A stretch of DNA of 64,000 nucleotides from Gonapodya sp. JEL0774 (lineage: Eukaryota), in NCBI GenBank assembly GCA_027604505.1, contig JADIIX010000010.1:186001-250000 (forward strand), written 5' to 3'. How positions within the stretch are numbered: position 1 is the stretch's first letter; each line of letters opens with the position of its first letter. A program made the position numbers and the translations under genes. Under the pieces are notes generated by a model that had not been told where the DNA came from, did no database searches, and saw only the letters and a program-made list of their open reading frames with translations. Below, piece after piece: positions 1 to 14,074 of this stretch.

Positions 1-309
1 ACCTGGAAAAGGCTCCGTGGATGTGTGCCCAGCTCCAATCTGACATTGTCTGATATTCACCCCTTCCCTCTTTTAGCTGATGTATCAGTGGATGACCTGC
101 GTGCATTCGCACGGCAATCCGCACTTGTTCAGCACCAGGGGGCCTCGCAGCAGCAGCCCGGCGGCGCTGGTCTGTTTGGTGCATCAACAGCACCTTCAGG
201 TGGTGGGCTCTTCGGAACATCTGCCAGTCAAGCTGGATCTGTCGGACTATTTGGAGGCTTTGGTGGAGTTGGTCAAACTGGGGCGGGTACCAAAAAGAAG
301 CGTACATGA
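1..309 (+). CDS. 3' end (last exon from about 78) of a gene encoding GLFG/FG-repeat low-complexity sequence (nucleoporin-like tail); 5' part lies outside the window
   Basis: After the acceptor ctcttttag (77) the translation contains GAGLFGAS, GGGLFGTS and VGLFGGFGG and ends KKKRT* at 309. Confidence 0.45.
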   Translation, partial: TWKRLRGCVPSSNLTLSDIHPFPLLADVSVDDLRAFARQSALVQHQGASQQQPGGAGLFGASTAPSGGGLFGTSASQAGSVGLFGGFGGVGQTGAGTKKKRT

Positions 310-360
310 ACTGCATGACATCTAAATATAAAGGATTGTACTTGGAACAATCAGAACCTG

Positions 361-2475
361 ATGATGACAACGAATGGCACAGCATCACTGCTATCTGGAC
401 GACAAGCGGACGAGCTGTAAGCGTGCTCTCATCGATCGCAGCGGCGTCTCGGTCGCGCGATTCGACTATCCTTCTTCTTTCCCGCCGCCGTTCCCTCGGC
501 ACCCCGTAACCACAAACAACCCATAACAAATACGCATCCACAACTTCAACGCGACCTGCAACGCTCTATCATGATGGCGCTTCTTTCATCAATCGATTCT
601 GTGCTTTCGTGTCATGGCCGTAAGACGGCTTGCAATACTTGACTATCTTCACACTTCTGGACTGAAAGCTTCATTTGAGGCATTAAAAGATGAAACAGGA
701 GTTTTGGATTACAATTCGGACGGTAAACAAAAATACTCAGGGCTGCTGGAGAAGAAATGGACGTCAGTCATCCGACTACAGAGGAAGGTGACTGGAATCA
801 AAGCGTCCACATCGCAACCAGTCGTGATCCCTGACATGACCTCTCTGCGTTAAATCCTCACTGATGTCGATTGTGAATGTGAAACTCTGGTGTCAAGGTC
901 ATGGACTTGGAGACCAAAGTCACCAACCTCCAAGAAGAACTCTCAGCGGGACCTACAAAGAAATCCACGAACTCGACTGATTGGATTCCTCGCCCCCCCG
1001 AACGACATATTCTAACCGGTCACCGGAGTCCTGTGACTCGGGTTGCTTTCCACCCCACGTACACCACAATAGTTTCTGCAAGTGAGGATGCCACCATCAA
1101 AGTGTGGGACTGCGGTGGGTTGAGCACGCAATGGCGCAGACTGAGGACGGGATTTCCGGAGATAGCAGACTGTTAGCTGAATTCTTTGTCTTCACTTTTT
1201 CGCCCATGAATCGTTTCAAAGAAACCGGCGAGTTTGAGAGAACATTGAAAGGACATACCAAAGCAGTTCAGGATGTGCGCTTCGACCCAAAAGGAACGTT
1301 GCTAGGTAAGGGAAACAGTCTGAATTGGCAAAACTCCTTGCGCGCTAATGCGCTTCGAACAAATGGACACATTCCACCCATCCGAACTTCCCACTCAGCA
1401 TCCTGCTCTATTGATCTCACTATCAAACTCTGGGATGTTCCGAATGGATACACTAACACCCGCACGTTGGTTGGTCATGATCATTCCATTTCGTCCATCT
1501 GCTTTCTTCCTGCAGGCGATTTTCTGATCTCAGCAAGCCGCGATAAGACGGTTCGCCTTTGGGAGGTTGCATCAGGATACGGCGTAAAGCGGCTGGAAGG
1601 GCATGGAGACTGGGTGCGAGATGCAGAGTGTTCAGCAGATGGGAAACTCGTTGTCAGCTGCTCCAATGACCAGGTGAGGTCCTCCTTCTGCATTGACTTG
1701 CTTTATCAGCCAGATTTAATTCTCAGATTGTTGTTTTTCTAACGACCAGACTATTCGTATCTGGGACTTTGCTACCGGGGAGTGTAAGGCTGATTTGCGA
1801 GACCATGAGCACGTTGTTGAGTGTGCAGTGTTTGCGCCGGTTGCCGCCAACCCTGTTCTCCGGGAACTTGCAGGTGTGAAGTCTCCGAACGTGAGTTTAC
1901 TTCGATGATTCGAATTTGAGCCAATACGTCCGTTGTGTTCTTTTCTTTGTTGACAGCCGTCCTCCCAACTTCTCCCTCTAACATCAGGGTACTGATCAAC
2001 CTGCAATAGACGTTTCCGCTCCTGCCGCTCAATTTGTTGTCTCGGGATCCCGAGATAAAACCATCAAGCTCTGGGACGTTATGACAATGCAATGTGTTCA
2101 CACTTTTGTGAGCGCGCACAAATCTAATAAGTCGGGATCATCTTAACCAATGTCATTTTCGTCCATCCTTGTTTCCTGTAACAGATTGGACATGACAACT
2201 GGGTTCGAGGGCTCGTCTTTCACCCTTCGGGCAAGTTCCTTGTTTCTGTCTCCGACGACAAAACTCTGCGGGTATGGGACTGCCGAACAGGGCGCTGTGT
2301 GAAAGTCATCGATCCAGCGCACGATCACTTTGTGACATGCGTGGCGTTTGCGGGTGGTGGGAGCTACGTCGCGACAGGATCAGTAGATCAGACTTTGAAG
2401 GTTTGGGTATGTAATTGGTTGTCTCTCTTGCGCAACTCTATATCTAACTGCAATGCTTGCAAGGATACGAGATGA
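361..2475 (+). CDS. PAC1: LIS1/NudF dynein regulator (LisH + coiled coil + WD40 repeats), multi-exon
   Basis: Exon 1 [19 protein letters not shown] (donor gtaagc 417) joins RLAILDYL...[77 protein letters not shown]; last mini-exon DTR* ends 2475. Confidence 0.95.
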
Positions 2476-2563
2476 GACTCGTACTGATACTATGACATCA
2501 GTTAAGTAATGTGACCCTTTAGGTATAGTGTAGTATATGCATTCGAACCCTTCCACGACAAAA

Positions 2564-5500
2564 CTATGTCGCTTGTGCTTCCAACGCCTGCTTCTCAAAT
2601 CCCAATATTGTCTTACGGCGACCTTCCCCGGTATCACTGAAGTCGGCGAGAATAATTTTCGCCTCCTTCAACAATCCCAAGTAAAAATCAATGCATCGTC
2701 TCTTCTTTGTAAAATCGAAGTTCCGCTCAGTGCTTATTGCGTCGAAAAGAGACTTCCAGAGTGGGTTAGACTCAATTTGTTCAACCTCCAGTCCAAGACC
2801 ATATCCTAAAAGTCCACGGTCTACCGCTTGATTCAGATCCTGTTTCCTCTCTTCGACCTCTTCAAGTTCGGGTGGCACCCTCCCATCTAACATAAGCCCC
2901 TCAATCAAACAAAGCAAGGGGTCTAATGTCCTCAACCCAACTGCACGGATTTGGTCGAACAGCAAAACCGCTAGCTGACCACGCTCTATCCTCTGTCGAG
3001 AAATTTGGGCTGGATCCATGGACAGAAATCTCGTCCAAGCTCCTTCCTTGTTGTCTGCACTAGATTGTATGCTACCCGATCGTGCGGCTGTTATGACTTC
3101 GATTAGAAAGGCAGCATCCTTTTGACGGTCCTGCTCCACCTCATTAAGTGAACGCGGTGCGTTTTCTGCTCTCTCGATTGTGAGTTGAAGGTCCAATATT
3201 TGGTGTGCCAGCTTCATAATGCAAGTCCAAGCAGTAAGATCTCGCTCGTCAAGAGTGACCGTGTCGATGGTTTGATTAGTAGTCAACACATCCTCTTGCT
3301 TCTTTGCACCATCTTCACGATCTGTCGGTCCAGTGATGCCGAGGGACTCAACTCTTTCCTCGTTATCGACTCGCTCATTTCCTGCGACAAACGTGGAAGC
3401 AGAGTAGTGGAATGAACTTGCAGATGACAAACCTCGTATAACAGACGTGAAGCATCGGCGGAGTAGGTCGAAGTCGATGGGGTGTGGGAATTCCTGCAAA
3501 CCAGAAGAACAAGAGAGCGTTATTAAGGGATCGTACTATACCCCTGTCACCCACACCGACCCGAAGAAGAAGTGAGGTATAAAATGGGGCGAAGGCTGTG
3601 ATCAAATTCTGATAACGCTGGTTGTTCTCGTAGATGCCCGTGCAAACGGCATGCGCTGCTTCAAAGAGGTCTTGATCTTCAGGGTCTCGCTCAGGAGCTT
3701 TGGGGTCCACATTGAGAAACCTGCGAGACAACAATGCATGAGGGAACATGGAATTTGAATAGCCGGCTCGTGAGTCACCCTGCAGACTCACGGAACTGCT
3801 TTTACAAGGATATCTCGATCAATGACGTTCTCGGTAAGGTACGACAGACTTTGTCGGACGAAAGTGAACAGAAAGAGAACCCGGCTTTTTGGGACAGGAT
3901 TTTGATCGGCTTCAAGAAATCGGAAGCAACTTATCAGTGATCGACAAACCATGGGTTTGCGCCATCTGCAAACCTCGTATCCCTTGATCTTTGGGAATCA
4001 AATCCTTCGCCATGCGCTCCATCAGGTCATCGCCAGCCGTGGCTGTTATTGCCCCCGCAATATGCTCCCGTCGCTTCATCAATAGAAAAGCAACTGTATC
4101 CTGAAAGAGTTCCCTCCACATGCCGAATCCTTCCGTTCCAAATCTGCACGTAATAAAATGTCCCTGCTGAAGCGAACGTAGGAGAAGATTCGCGCATCTC
4201 AGCATACGGTGAAGGAAAGTGGGTTCCTTGAGAGAGACGCGTTCTTCAGAAGTTGCAGAAGTTGAGTGCACATCTAGAACCTCTTTATTGTGAAATGCAC
4301 GGGTGGAGCTGATCAGTGACAACGCCTCGACAAGTTCCCGGCCGATTGCAACGACGACAAATATAATCGGGCGGAATTGCGACCAGAGGATTGTTGAAGT
4401 CTGCTCGAACGCTAAAAAGTAAGGAATTGCGGCGACACAGTTTACAACAGTCAATGATCATCCAGGGGAACCGCCTCTCACCAGGAGATTTTTGATTACG
4501 AGAGAGGCTCAGAGGACAATCCTCCCAGCTTGTAGACAGCTGCAGCATAGATTCAGCGATGCTTTGGACCGAAACGGGCGGGATCCAAAGGTGTCAAAAC
4601 CGTCTGATACTGTCAGCATCGCAACAATTCACAACTCACATCTCAAACGAATCTGCAACTGAACTCGCTGACCCTTTGCCTAATTCCTCTTTCATTAAGC
4701 CACCAATAGCCTTCCCTGTTTGAGGCACGATAGAAAGCAAGGCAGGCCGTTTCTCGTTATCTTCTCTCTCTGTCAGATAAGCATGCAATGGGTTGGTGGA
4801 GAATGTAGCAGAGAGCGATGGATCCGCCTCCAGAGAGACAATGAGACGTGATGCTGCGAGTGAGAGTTGTTGGAAGAAGAATCTGTCAGGAATGAGAGAG
4901 CTAGGGGATTGAAAGGTAACCTGCGTCATGGTGCGAAGGAGGACCTTTTGGATGTTTCACACACAAACAACAGCAAAAGAAAAAGAAAAATAAAAAACAG
5001 AAAAATCAGTCAAAAAGCGAACATGAAGCCGCCAGAAACGCAGTGTTACAGCAACTTCTGAGTGCAGTAACTCACATCTCGCATTGGAAGCTCAATCTTG
5101 CTCCTAGCATAAATCAATATCCCATGAACTTGTGTGTAACAGTACGTCACTGCCTCTTTATGTGAAGCTTCGCCGCACGACCCGTGGTGAGTGTAAATGA
5201 CAAGTAACGCCGTAGGATATGGCGGGACTCACACAAGCCACCGATTTGTTCCACAACATCTAATACGTCTTCCAGCACATGGCAAAACGTCTGTTCTAGC
5301 CTTTGTGTGCGGGAGGTGTTCGCTTTGGTCTGTCGGATCTTGTTGTCCTTGAGAAAGGAGTTGTGATGCTTTCTACATGAACAGGTCAGGGGTTGAACAT
5401 CAGAGCTGACACCAATCACAACAGCACATTACACCTACAGGACACCCGCTATCGCAAATAAAGCCACTGTTCTTGCCTCCAGCTCGTAACCCTCACTTGT

Positions 5501-7927
5501 TTTGCCGGCATCTTCCACCGCCTCGATGAACCCTTCACACCATTCGTAGCCGGGCTCAACTTCCGTTGCTTCCTCCCGATCTTCGGTTTTCCCGCTGAAA
5601 TCTCTCGTATTGCTTGTTTGTCGATTCTTGCCGCCATTTTTATCATTTCGTCCCTTCATCACTTCACTCTCCCATTGCTGACATGCGTACTCCAAAATTT
5701 GTCCGACCCTTAGTCCATCTTCAAACTTCACCTGCAACTCAGGACCAAAGCTCCCCAATATCCCTCCTACGATTTCTTCAACGCCTCTTTTCCCTCGTGG
5801 ACCAATAGTGACCAACAGATGCGCAAGAGCACCAGCAAGGTCGTTCATGGAACATTTCGAGGGACCTCGTGCGATACGGAGAGCAGAGGCCACTGCAGCT
5901 GGTATAAGGTCATTGAAAGACGGATCGTTGAGTGAGGTAGACGAAACAAGAGCAGTGACTAGAGACGGGAGGGTTGAAGCGAGAGGCAGGAGGAGGTCTG
6001 AGGTTCCGGTAATTCGCAATAGTTCGTGGAGAATCGTCGAGAAGTGGGAAGTCTGGGTGGAGGAAACTGAAGACCATGGACAATCAGGCTCCAGGGACTG
6101 TCACGATCATCAGTCAGGTTCCGAGATCACTCACAATCCACTTTTCTCACCCATGCTGTCCACATGGTGATCACAGCTCTTGCTCTTTCTAAGGGGCTCG
6201 CCTCAATATCAGTTTCCCCACTCACGATGACAGAACGATCTGTTTTCCAAAAGGAAAGCGTGGATTCGAGGAACGATTCAGTGTACCAAGAAACGGGAAC
6301 GTGCGACGCGAAACGGGACAGAAGAAGAAGGGAGGATAGAGACTGGAGTATGGGGATTGGAAACCGGTGATTATGCAAATGAGATTTGTTTGGAGACGTT
6401 TAACACTTTCACGCTGACCACTTGGAGATGTCAAGCCAGATTCTTTCAACTCACCACATCTTGGATCAGAGTGCCATATTCCACAACCCCTCCGGCGGCA
6501 ACTGACAGAACCGATGCTAGTCTTGACAGATCTTGAGTTCCGAGTTTGTTCCCCGCATCATATTGCCGTTCAACTTTTGAAAGAAAAGAATCGAGAGACT
6601 GCAAACGAATGGAATCCAAGAGCCGAATTAGGTGGACATTTGAGGGAATAGACCTAAAAAGCGAAATAGCGAGAAAAAATCCAAAGCATAAACGATGAAA
6701 CGGAAGTAGCGAAATTGAAATAGAATCGGTCGCAAAGATGGTGGAAAGAGGCACCTCACTGTGTCGGATTTCCGAGAGACCGGTACAGAGGCACTTGAAG
6801 AGTGCGTGATGAGAATGCAGAGTACCATGTATTAGTCGGGAGAGCCGACGAACGGACGATACCAAATGACTATAGGAGATAGATAGTGAGACAAATTGTT
6901 CAGCTGAAGATGAGAGACATTTTCACAACGTGTAGATGCTCCTTTCACCCACACCAGCAACAATTCCTTCCACCACATCCCGCCACACTCCATCCACTGC
7001 CTGTGCGTCACAATCAGGGCGGTAATAGCACGCCAGATAGATTAGGAGAAGGAAGAGAGATTCAGTGGCAACAGGATCCGGGTATGGCGCTCTGAGGGGG
7101 ATCATTGGCGAATCAAAAGATGTACGGAATGAAATGACGAAGTCCAACTTGTTTGCTAGCAAAATGACAGCTCGGCGTTTACGCAGACGCAACTGAAACC
7201 GTATTTAGTAGGAACAATTGCTTCATATCGCACACCTCACCGAAGTCGCCCAAACTAACGTTTCCTTCACCACCTGCAACTTTGCGACTTTCTCGCTTAT
7301 ACGTATGTTAAGTCACTCCAACATACCCTTTCTTCAAAAGCCCAATAAACGGCCTATCTTGTCCACTTTTCAGACAATCGATAAGGTTGTCCCAAGACAA
7401 AACATCCGGGTCCACACATCCGTACAGGTCGTGCACTTCGTGAGACTGAAACGGATCAAGAGGGAGCAATGCGAGAGCTCCGTCGGATGAACGAAGGATC
7501 GTGGGGACGGCTGGTCCGCGGAGGGGGGGGAGGTTATGATCCCTATTCTAACCGACAATGGGTTCTGAAGACGCAGAATCACGCACGAACACCATCGTCG
7601 ATCCCATCAATGTGTCGTAGCAAACGAGAGACCCTGGCGACGCCAGACGGGCCTTCTGGGCGAGTTAGGATGTTCCGTAGAAGTTCGAAGCAGATGGCGA
7701 CTGGGTTGTACAGGATTTGGCGTGAGCTTAGGCACCCAGTGGAAAGGAGAAGGAAACCAGGACAACGGAGATAGATGAACCGCGAGTAATATTAAAGAGC
7801 TTGAATGAACTCGCTTGTCTCCGAATCGTAAATTACCACGTACTCACCCAGGTTCTTCATCCGAGAAAACCCTCGACGACCGTGGTGCGTCAGACTTTGC
7901 TACATCGTTGGCTGATCCCATCGACAT
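2564..7927 (-). CDS. Large multi-exon uncharacterised protein, Leu-rich and probably alpha-solenoid
   Basis: Series of long minus-strand ORFs (2564-3499, 3375-3791, 3912-4454, 4636-4929, 5435-6019, 6446-6865) linked by GT-AG introns; candidate start MSMGSANDVAK at 7927; no motif recognised. Confidence 0.6.
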
Positions 7928-8327
7928 CCCTGGTGGGTCCGTGAAATCTCGGTTTCTGTGGTTTTCCCGGTTCCGTTTGCAGAGCAGTGAAAGCGGTGGT
8001 AATTTGTATTTGCAAATCATTGGAAATTCAGGCTCAAATTGAAATCATTCAAGCTGCTATATCTCATCAAGTGTCTCCTCAGTTCCCCAGCACTCGTTGC
8101 GGCTTCGCCTGTCCCCCAAGCTTGGGATTGCCAGAACTATCCAGAGAGGGTTGGCTTCCACCAGTGTAAACCTGCAGAAAAGTGCAATAATGAGATGTGG
8201 AAGAAGTTGGAACAAGGGCGGAAAGAGACAATTATGGGACAACAACACCACATATTGGTGACTCTGCTCCCGTTGCATCAATCCATTCTCATCAATTCAG
8301 AATGAATTGATCCCCACAATCACCACA

Positions 8328-8606
8328 TTAATAAATCTGTTCACTCTGTTGCTTGTGGATGCTTCCATGTTCAGTATTCTGTCCTGAATTCGCGATTGCC
8401 CTTACCGAAGTCTCTTTCGGCTTGGGAAAACCAATCCACAAGGCAAACACCCCAGTCGTAATAAGCACTAGTGCCATAGCAGACGGACTTGACGCAGGGT
8501 TGGGGATGCGTAAGGGCACCTTTGGTGGTTGGGGAGTGTTGGGTTTGAGTCTGAGCTGAAATGGATTCTCTGCCTGGTTCTGTGGTTGGCTTTGTGGGTT
8601 AGACAT
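8328..8606 (-). CDS. Small single-transmembrane hypothetical protein (about 92 aa)
   Basis: ATG 8606: MSNPQSQPQNQ...AMALVLITTGVFALWIGFPKPKE; one hydrophobic segment; divergent from the F-box gene. Confidence 0.45.
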   Translation of the reverse strand: MSNPQSQPQNQAENPFQLRLKPNTPQPPKVPLRIPNPASSPSAMALVLITTGVFALWIGFPKPKETSVRAIANSGQNTEHGSIHKQQSEQIY

Positions 8607-8775
8607 GTGGAACAAGTAACGGGAGAAAGCAGGTCGGGATGTGAGATATTCGTGAATAAAATTGATGAAGACCACACACCGAAGACGGAAGTGCAGGCCG
8701 TGTGCCTCAGTCAGTTTGAGGATTGGCCGAACGTGAAGCGCTGAACGACGAACAGGTGAAACAAGTGGAGAAGTG

Positions 8776-11700
8776 ATGGCCTTACGGCGGAAACAAACTG
8801 CTACAGATGAGGGTGAGAGTGCTATTGGCGCCTGCGGGTTTCAACGGATTCAGTGCTCTTTACAAAAGTTCTTCACTGATGTTTCTGGGCACGGTTATGG
8901 GCATAACCGGGCAAACCCCTCTAGGTTATGAGGAGCAGGCTGTTCTTGCGCTACCGGGAGTAACGGATGAGCATCGGGGAGGTGAGTTTCGAAGAAGCGA
9001 TAGTCCCAGAATGGACTAGCAAGACCCAGGGTGGACATACCATGCAGTGCCAGATATGAGTGTGTCCAATGAGCTACAATGGCAGACAGCGGGCGAGAGA
9101 ACTCGTCATGGCACGAGTGTTACTTCCTGGCCACCTCCCTTGCACATTGGGAACAAACATGCTTGTCAAGGCGAATCAAAATGGAATCACAGACTTCACA
9201 GACTTGAGCCTGAACCTGAAACGACAACGTTTTTGAGGGAATAAACCATACCGTGGAATGTCTTACTTGCGAGGAATGTGCGTTGGGGAACCCGGGCGAT
9301 TTCTTCATCAAACGCGCTGTTGTCCCTGCTTAGAATTTTGTAGCTCTGTGTCCGGACCGTGATACTGTGACGCCTTAGTTGTTCCAAAATTCCCTAATCT
9401 GGACCTGTTTTTCTCCATTACCCGCAACTGTCCTCGTACTGATCCTCAATTGCATCCACTACCAACGTTATGTTATCTTCAGAGCTCGCCTTCCAACTTC
9501 TCCTCTCAGTCTCAACGTCAACACTAGCCTCCGTGCTTAACCGCTTGCTCCCCCTCTTGCACCGCGACTTCCTTGGTCTCCTCCCCCTGGAAATCTCCCT
9601 GTCGGTACTCGCCATGACGGACGTCAAGACTGTTGGTCGGTGCATGCGAGTGTCAAAAAAGTGGAAGGTGGTTGCACAGGACAATGGTCTCTGGAGGACC
9701 CTGTATAAACGGATGGGTTGGAAGGTAGCCAAGAACTTTATGAAGGCTTTAGGGCAGAATCACCTCGGTGTCGAAGCTGGCAGTGATTCGAGCAATCGAG
9801 ACTTCAGTATCGATAAGACGTCTTCCACTGCCTCTGCGGGAACGGTGGTATCCGAGGTGGCGCGAGCCACATCAGAAGAACGTATGGCGCGGTCACTCCC
9901 TACGTCACTCTTGCATGGTACTGCTTGCGGCAGCAAAGATATAGGAATGCACACTGCTTCTGGTCTTGCCCCACGTACTCTTGTAAAACAGTCAGCCTCA
10001 GTTCCGTTTGTGACCGCCTCAGGACAATCGTCATCAGCAAGCCAACCTTTGAGTCGAGGTTCCAGCTCGGGATCCCTCCTCCCGACTCCATTGGCTGTAG
10101 TCCACTCTCCGTTCCCTGATGCTGATACCTCGTTCCTTGCACCTGCCCTTGCCCGCTCTATGTCGACCTCCTCGATCTCAAGTACTGCATCTTCCCGACG
10201 GTCCTCTTTCGACTTTCCCCACTCCGCTTCCGCCCTCCCCTTTTCTGCTTCCTCCTCCACCCAGCATTCTGTATCCTCCTCTGGCCACCCCTCTCCCTCC
10301 CTCGCCCCAGTCTCTGGCCACCTCCGTATCTCCACCTCTCGTTCTTCCACTCCCCACGCTTCTCCAGCTGGCTCACCGGCCTCTTCACCTAAAACTCGCC
10401 TTCCAGCGTTCGCTCCCACCCCCGCCGAACCTCACCTCCTTTCCGCACCCCGCTCCCCAACATTTTCTCCGCCAATGCCGTACCTTGATCTCCCACCTTG
10501 TGACTCTGTCCTTCCCCAGCCGCCTGTCGTCCCCCTGGAGCTTGTGCGACTGGATCCCGATTGGCGACATATCTACAGGCAGCGAGTCATATTGGAGAGA
10601 AACTGGAGGAATAAAAAGTACATTAGGACAGAGATGCAGGGACATGAGGAAGGAGTGTATTGTTTGCAGTTCGATGAGGATAAAGTCGTTTCCGGGAGTA
10701 GGGATGGTGAGACACGAATAGGTGGTGTTTTGACAGAATCTCCGTTCAACCCTCACCGTCACCTCTACTATCTGCTCTTAGATACCATTCGCATCTGGTC
10801 CCTCCGCACCCACCAACCAATCCGCACCCTCCGCGGCCATTCTGCCTCTGTACTCTGCCTCCATTTCCAAGGCTCAACACTCGTTTCGGGTGGTTCTGAT
10901 GCCCGGATCCTTGTGTGGGACTTACAAACCGGTGCAGTGGTGAGGCGGCTTGAGGGGCACGCGGAGAGTGTTCTAAATTTGAGGTATGAATCTGGAGAAG
11001 GAATTGTGGTAAGTTGTAGCAAGGATAGGACAGTACGGGTGTGGGGTGTCAAAAGAGGGGAATGCAGGAAGGTCTTGAGGGGACATAGAGCTGCCGTCAA
11101 CGCGGTTCAAATCGCCAATGGTGTGATTGTATCAGCAAGTGGTGGTGAGTTTTCGAGAATCCTTTGAACTCCGAGAATTATCAGTGGTAAATGTTCAATC
11201 ACTTGGCAGACCGTTCGATTAAACTTTGGTCTCTGGCCACTGGCGAGTGCATACGAACCTTGTTTGGCCACACTCGCGGTATCGCTTGCGTTCAGTTTGA
11301 CGGCGAACTGATCGTCAGTGGATCGTCAGATGAGACTATAAGAGTTTGGGACGCCAGGACTGGTGCGAGTTTAATGGGTGAGTGCAGGGGACTGGAACCA
11401 ACAACTCCAGTGCAGAAGTAAAGGGACTCCGGTGACCCGCTTTTCGGGACACAATATTCCGACATCTAGTGTTTACTGGTCACACCGAGCTCGTCCGCAC
11501 CCTGCAGTTCGACTCACAAAAAGTTGTGAGTGGCTCTTACGACGAGACCCTCAAAGTTTGGGACATTAAGACCGGTGAGATGCTTATGGATCTAAAGGTA
11601 AGATACACGAGAATTAAGTGAGGAGGTTAGCGGTAGACCCTGACTTTCTTCTGTATCCAGAACGGGCACACGAGCCGAGTGTTCAAGCTTCAGTTCTCGG

Positions 11701-11862
11701 ACACCAAAATTGTCAGCTGCAGTCAAGGTACGTTGTTAATGCTACTGGTAGTGTGGCTTCGTTACCGGAGTTCTGACGTGATCGATATCGCCGTTTTGTT
11801 CAGACATGAAGATTTTGGTTTGGGACTTCACAGAAGGCGTAGATGCCAAATATTTTGACTGA
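8776..11862 (+). CDS. F-box/WD40 protein, beta-TrCP/FWD1-like SCF substrate receptor
   Basis: Spliced N-terminus MALRRKQ...DEHRG|ELAFQLL (D-domain-like); F-box [16 protein letters not shown]...DNGLWR; Ser/Pro-rich insert; WD40s [42 protein letters not shown]; ends [13 protein letters not shown]. Confidence 0.9.
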
Positions 11863-11955
11863 CGGACAGTCACATAGTACACATAGTACTTCTTATATTT
11901 GGTTCGAAAGCTTTGGGTTTCCTCGTAATATTTTGCTCTTTAATCTGAGTTCAAT

Positions 11956-13975
11956 TCATGCACACTGGTCTAATGACACATACCATCGTCCCGTCATCAA
12001 CTGGTGCAAATGGCGATCAAACGACCACCCAGCATTAAAATCGCTTAGGGTAATCCCACCCCCCCCAACATGGATGCTGCAAAGCTCATTCCCTGACCGA
12101 ACACCCTCTCCGAAGCCCCTCCCATTGTGCTTCCCTTTGCGCCAAACAGTTTTCGAATCCGGTCGGAACCAGCGGTATTGAATCGGTCAACAAGTGTGTT
12201 GATGTCAGCCGCGGCTTTGGTGAGGGAAGCGAGGTAGGCGATTAGAAGGACATCGTTTTGGTCCTGCGATAGAGGAAGGAAATGAATAGGACAAAATAGC
12301 GAAACACATCAGGAAAAATAAGTTGTTAGTTCACTATTTTGCCCGCAGAAGCTGGGGACGAGCACCACTAACTGTGACGAACTCTCTCCTGAACTCTGAC
12401 CCATCGACGGTCGGTAAGCGATTACAGAGACTGGAAATTTGGCGGAGGACGTTGTGATCGCGGGGTAGGGCACCTAGTTGAGAGAATTCGGAAACACAAA
12501 TTCACCTATTAACGGTCGACATAAGTGGATCTAATAGCGTTTCGGGAGTTGCTTCACCGGTTTGCACATCTTGAACATATTGATACAACAGACGCACGCG
12601 GGTGTGTAGCATCTTGATGGCGTTTCGCTGAGAAACGAGGTGCGCGATCACTTGAATTTACAGAGGGCATTGTTCATTTCGCCAGTAAGGAAAAGAGGTC
12701 AGTAACCCAGAATACCGTTTCCTCTCACAGGTTCGACAAATCGAAACTCACGCCCTGAGCCCTCAGTCGCCTCTGCCGCGACCGCCTTCGCAACGTGGTC
12801 CACCGCGATCCGCTCGGCCTCCCCCGTCTCCACCCTGTAAGGGCTTTTCACGAACAAGGTCTGAGGCGCGCCATTGACCACATCGACAATAGACTCGTAG
12901 AGGGAGAGTGGAAGGTCACGGGAGGTGGCAGCAAGGTGGGGATTGAGTTGAGCAAAGAGCGGTGATTCGTTGAAGGTGAGGAACTACGGGGAAAGTAAGG
13001 TGTCGAATTGAGACTAAGTGATTAGGTGACTGAGACAGAAAACCGTCTATAGTTGCAGATTCAAAATGCCTCTTCCGACATCTCGTGTGCTTGTTCCAAT
13101 TCTGATGGGCTCCACGCCGGCTCGACTTCCTCCACCTCGTACGATTCGGGAAGTTTTGAATCGTCTCAGACAAACAGATCACAGACGACTCCACGCGTTC
13201 AACTTTTTTTGATTCTTTCCACTCACTTGGCTGTGGACGCTGATGTCTGAACGCGTCGGTTTGGTGCCTGTGGAGTACCAGCCCAGAAAGTCATAGTCTT
13301 TGAAGACCTGGCGGACTATTACGACCAAGAAGGAGTAAGGAAAGAAAGAAAAGTGAGCGAATAGTGACATATCTCTTCATTCGGTGTGAGATCCATGCGT
13401 GAATGACAAGATCAAATCCAGAGTGATCAAGTCGCTCCCAAGGAAATTCAGTTTCGTCCTGAGAAAGCCGTTATGCTAACTTGAGATACCAACATTGCTC
13501 CTGCTTTGTAACAAAATAGACCTTGTCAATGGTGACAGTTCCGTCTGCACCAATGTTATGTGGTAACTCAAAGGAGTTGAAGATTTCAATCTCCCGGCCC
13601 GATTGAATGCCAAGGAGTGCCCCGTAGACTGTGCATAAATTGGGTTCAATAAGGATTATTCGAGAATAAAGCCAAATGGGCGAAATGAGATTTGAAAACA
13701 CGAGGTCACTAGAAAGACGGGTCTACAACGGAAACCTACCTGTGACGGTTGGATCCTCCTTCTGTGAGCGAGTTCGGGTCCAGTGATCTGAAATATTCAT
13801 GATTACCAGAGGATGTCTGGTTCGACAGACAGAATGTGGGGAAGTTCCAAGAGTGAAGTTTTAATCCCCATAGTCGCATCACCAGGGGTTTTCCACCATG
13901 AACAACATTGACGCACAGTGTCATGTTGAGTCCAGAGTTATTCGGGGCTTCGGAAACTACATCGTCGCTCTGCAT
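11956..13975 (-). CDS. CSN6: COP9 signalosome subunit 6 (MPN domain)
   Basis: [83 protein letters not shown]; 3' end approximate. Confidence 0.9.
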
Positions 13976-14074
13976 TTCTGATCTGCTCGCAAAAGTATGA
14001 ATTTGCCATACAAAGTAATTGACATTTGTGCTCTGGAAGCTCTCATAAAATTCCGAATACGTTCACTAGTACTC

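Noticed and set aside
8039..8305. ORF resembling a small Cys-containing secreted peptide
   Set aside because: Starts at TTG rather than ATG and lies in the promoter/terminator gap between two minus-strand genes
9760..10762. Long minus-strand and alternative-frame ORFs over the F-box gene
   Set aside because: Shadows of the Ser/Pro-rich low-complexity exon
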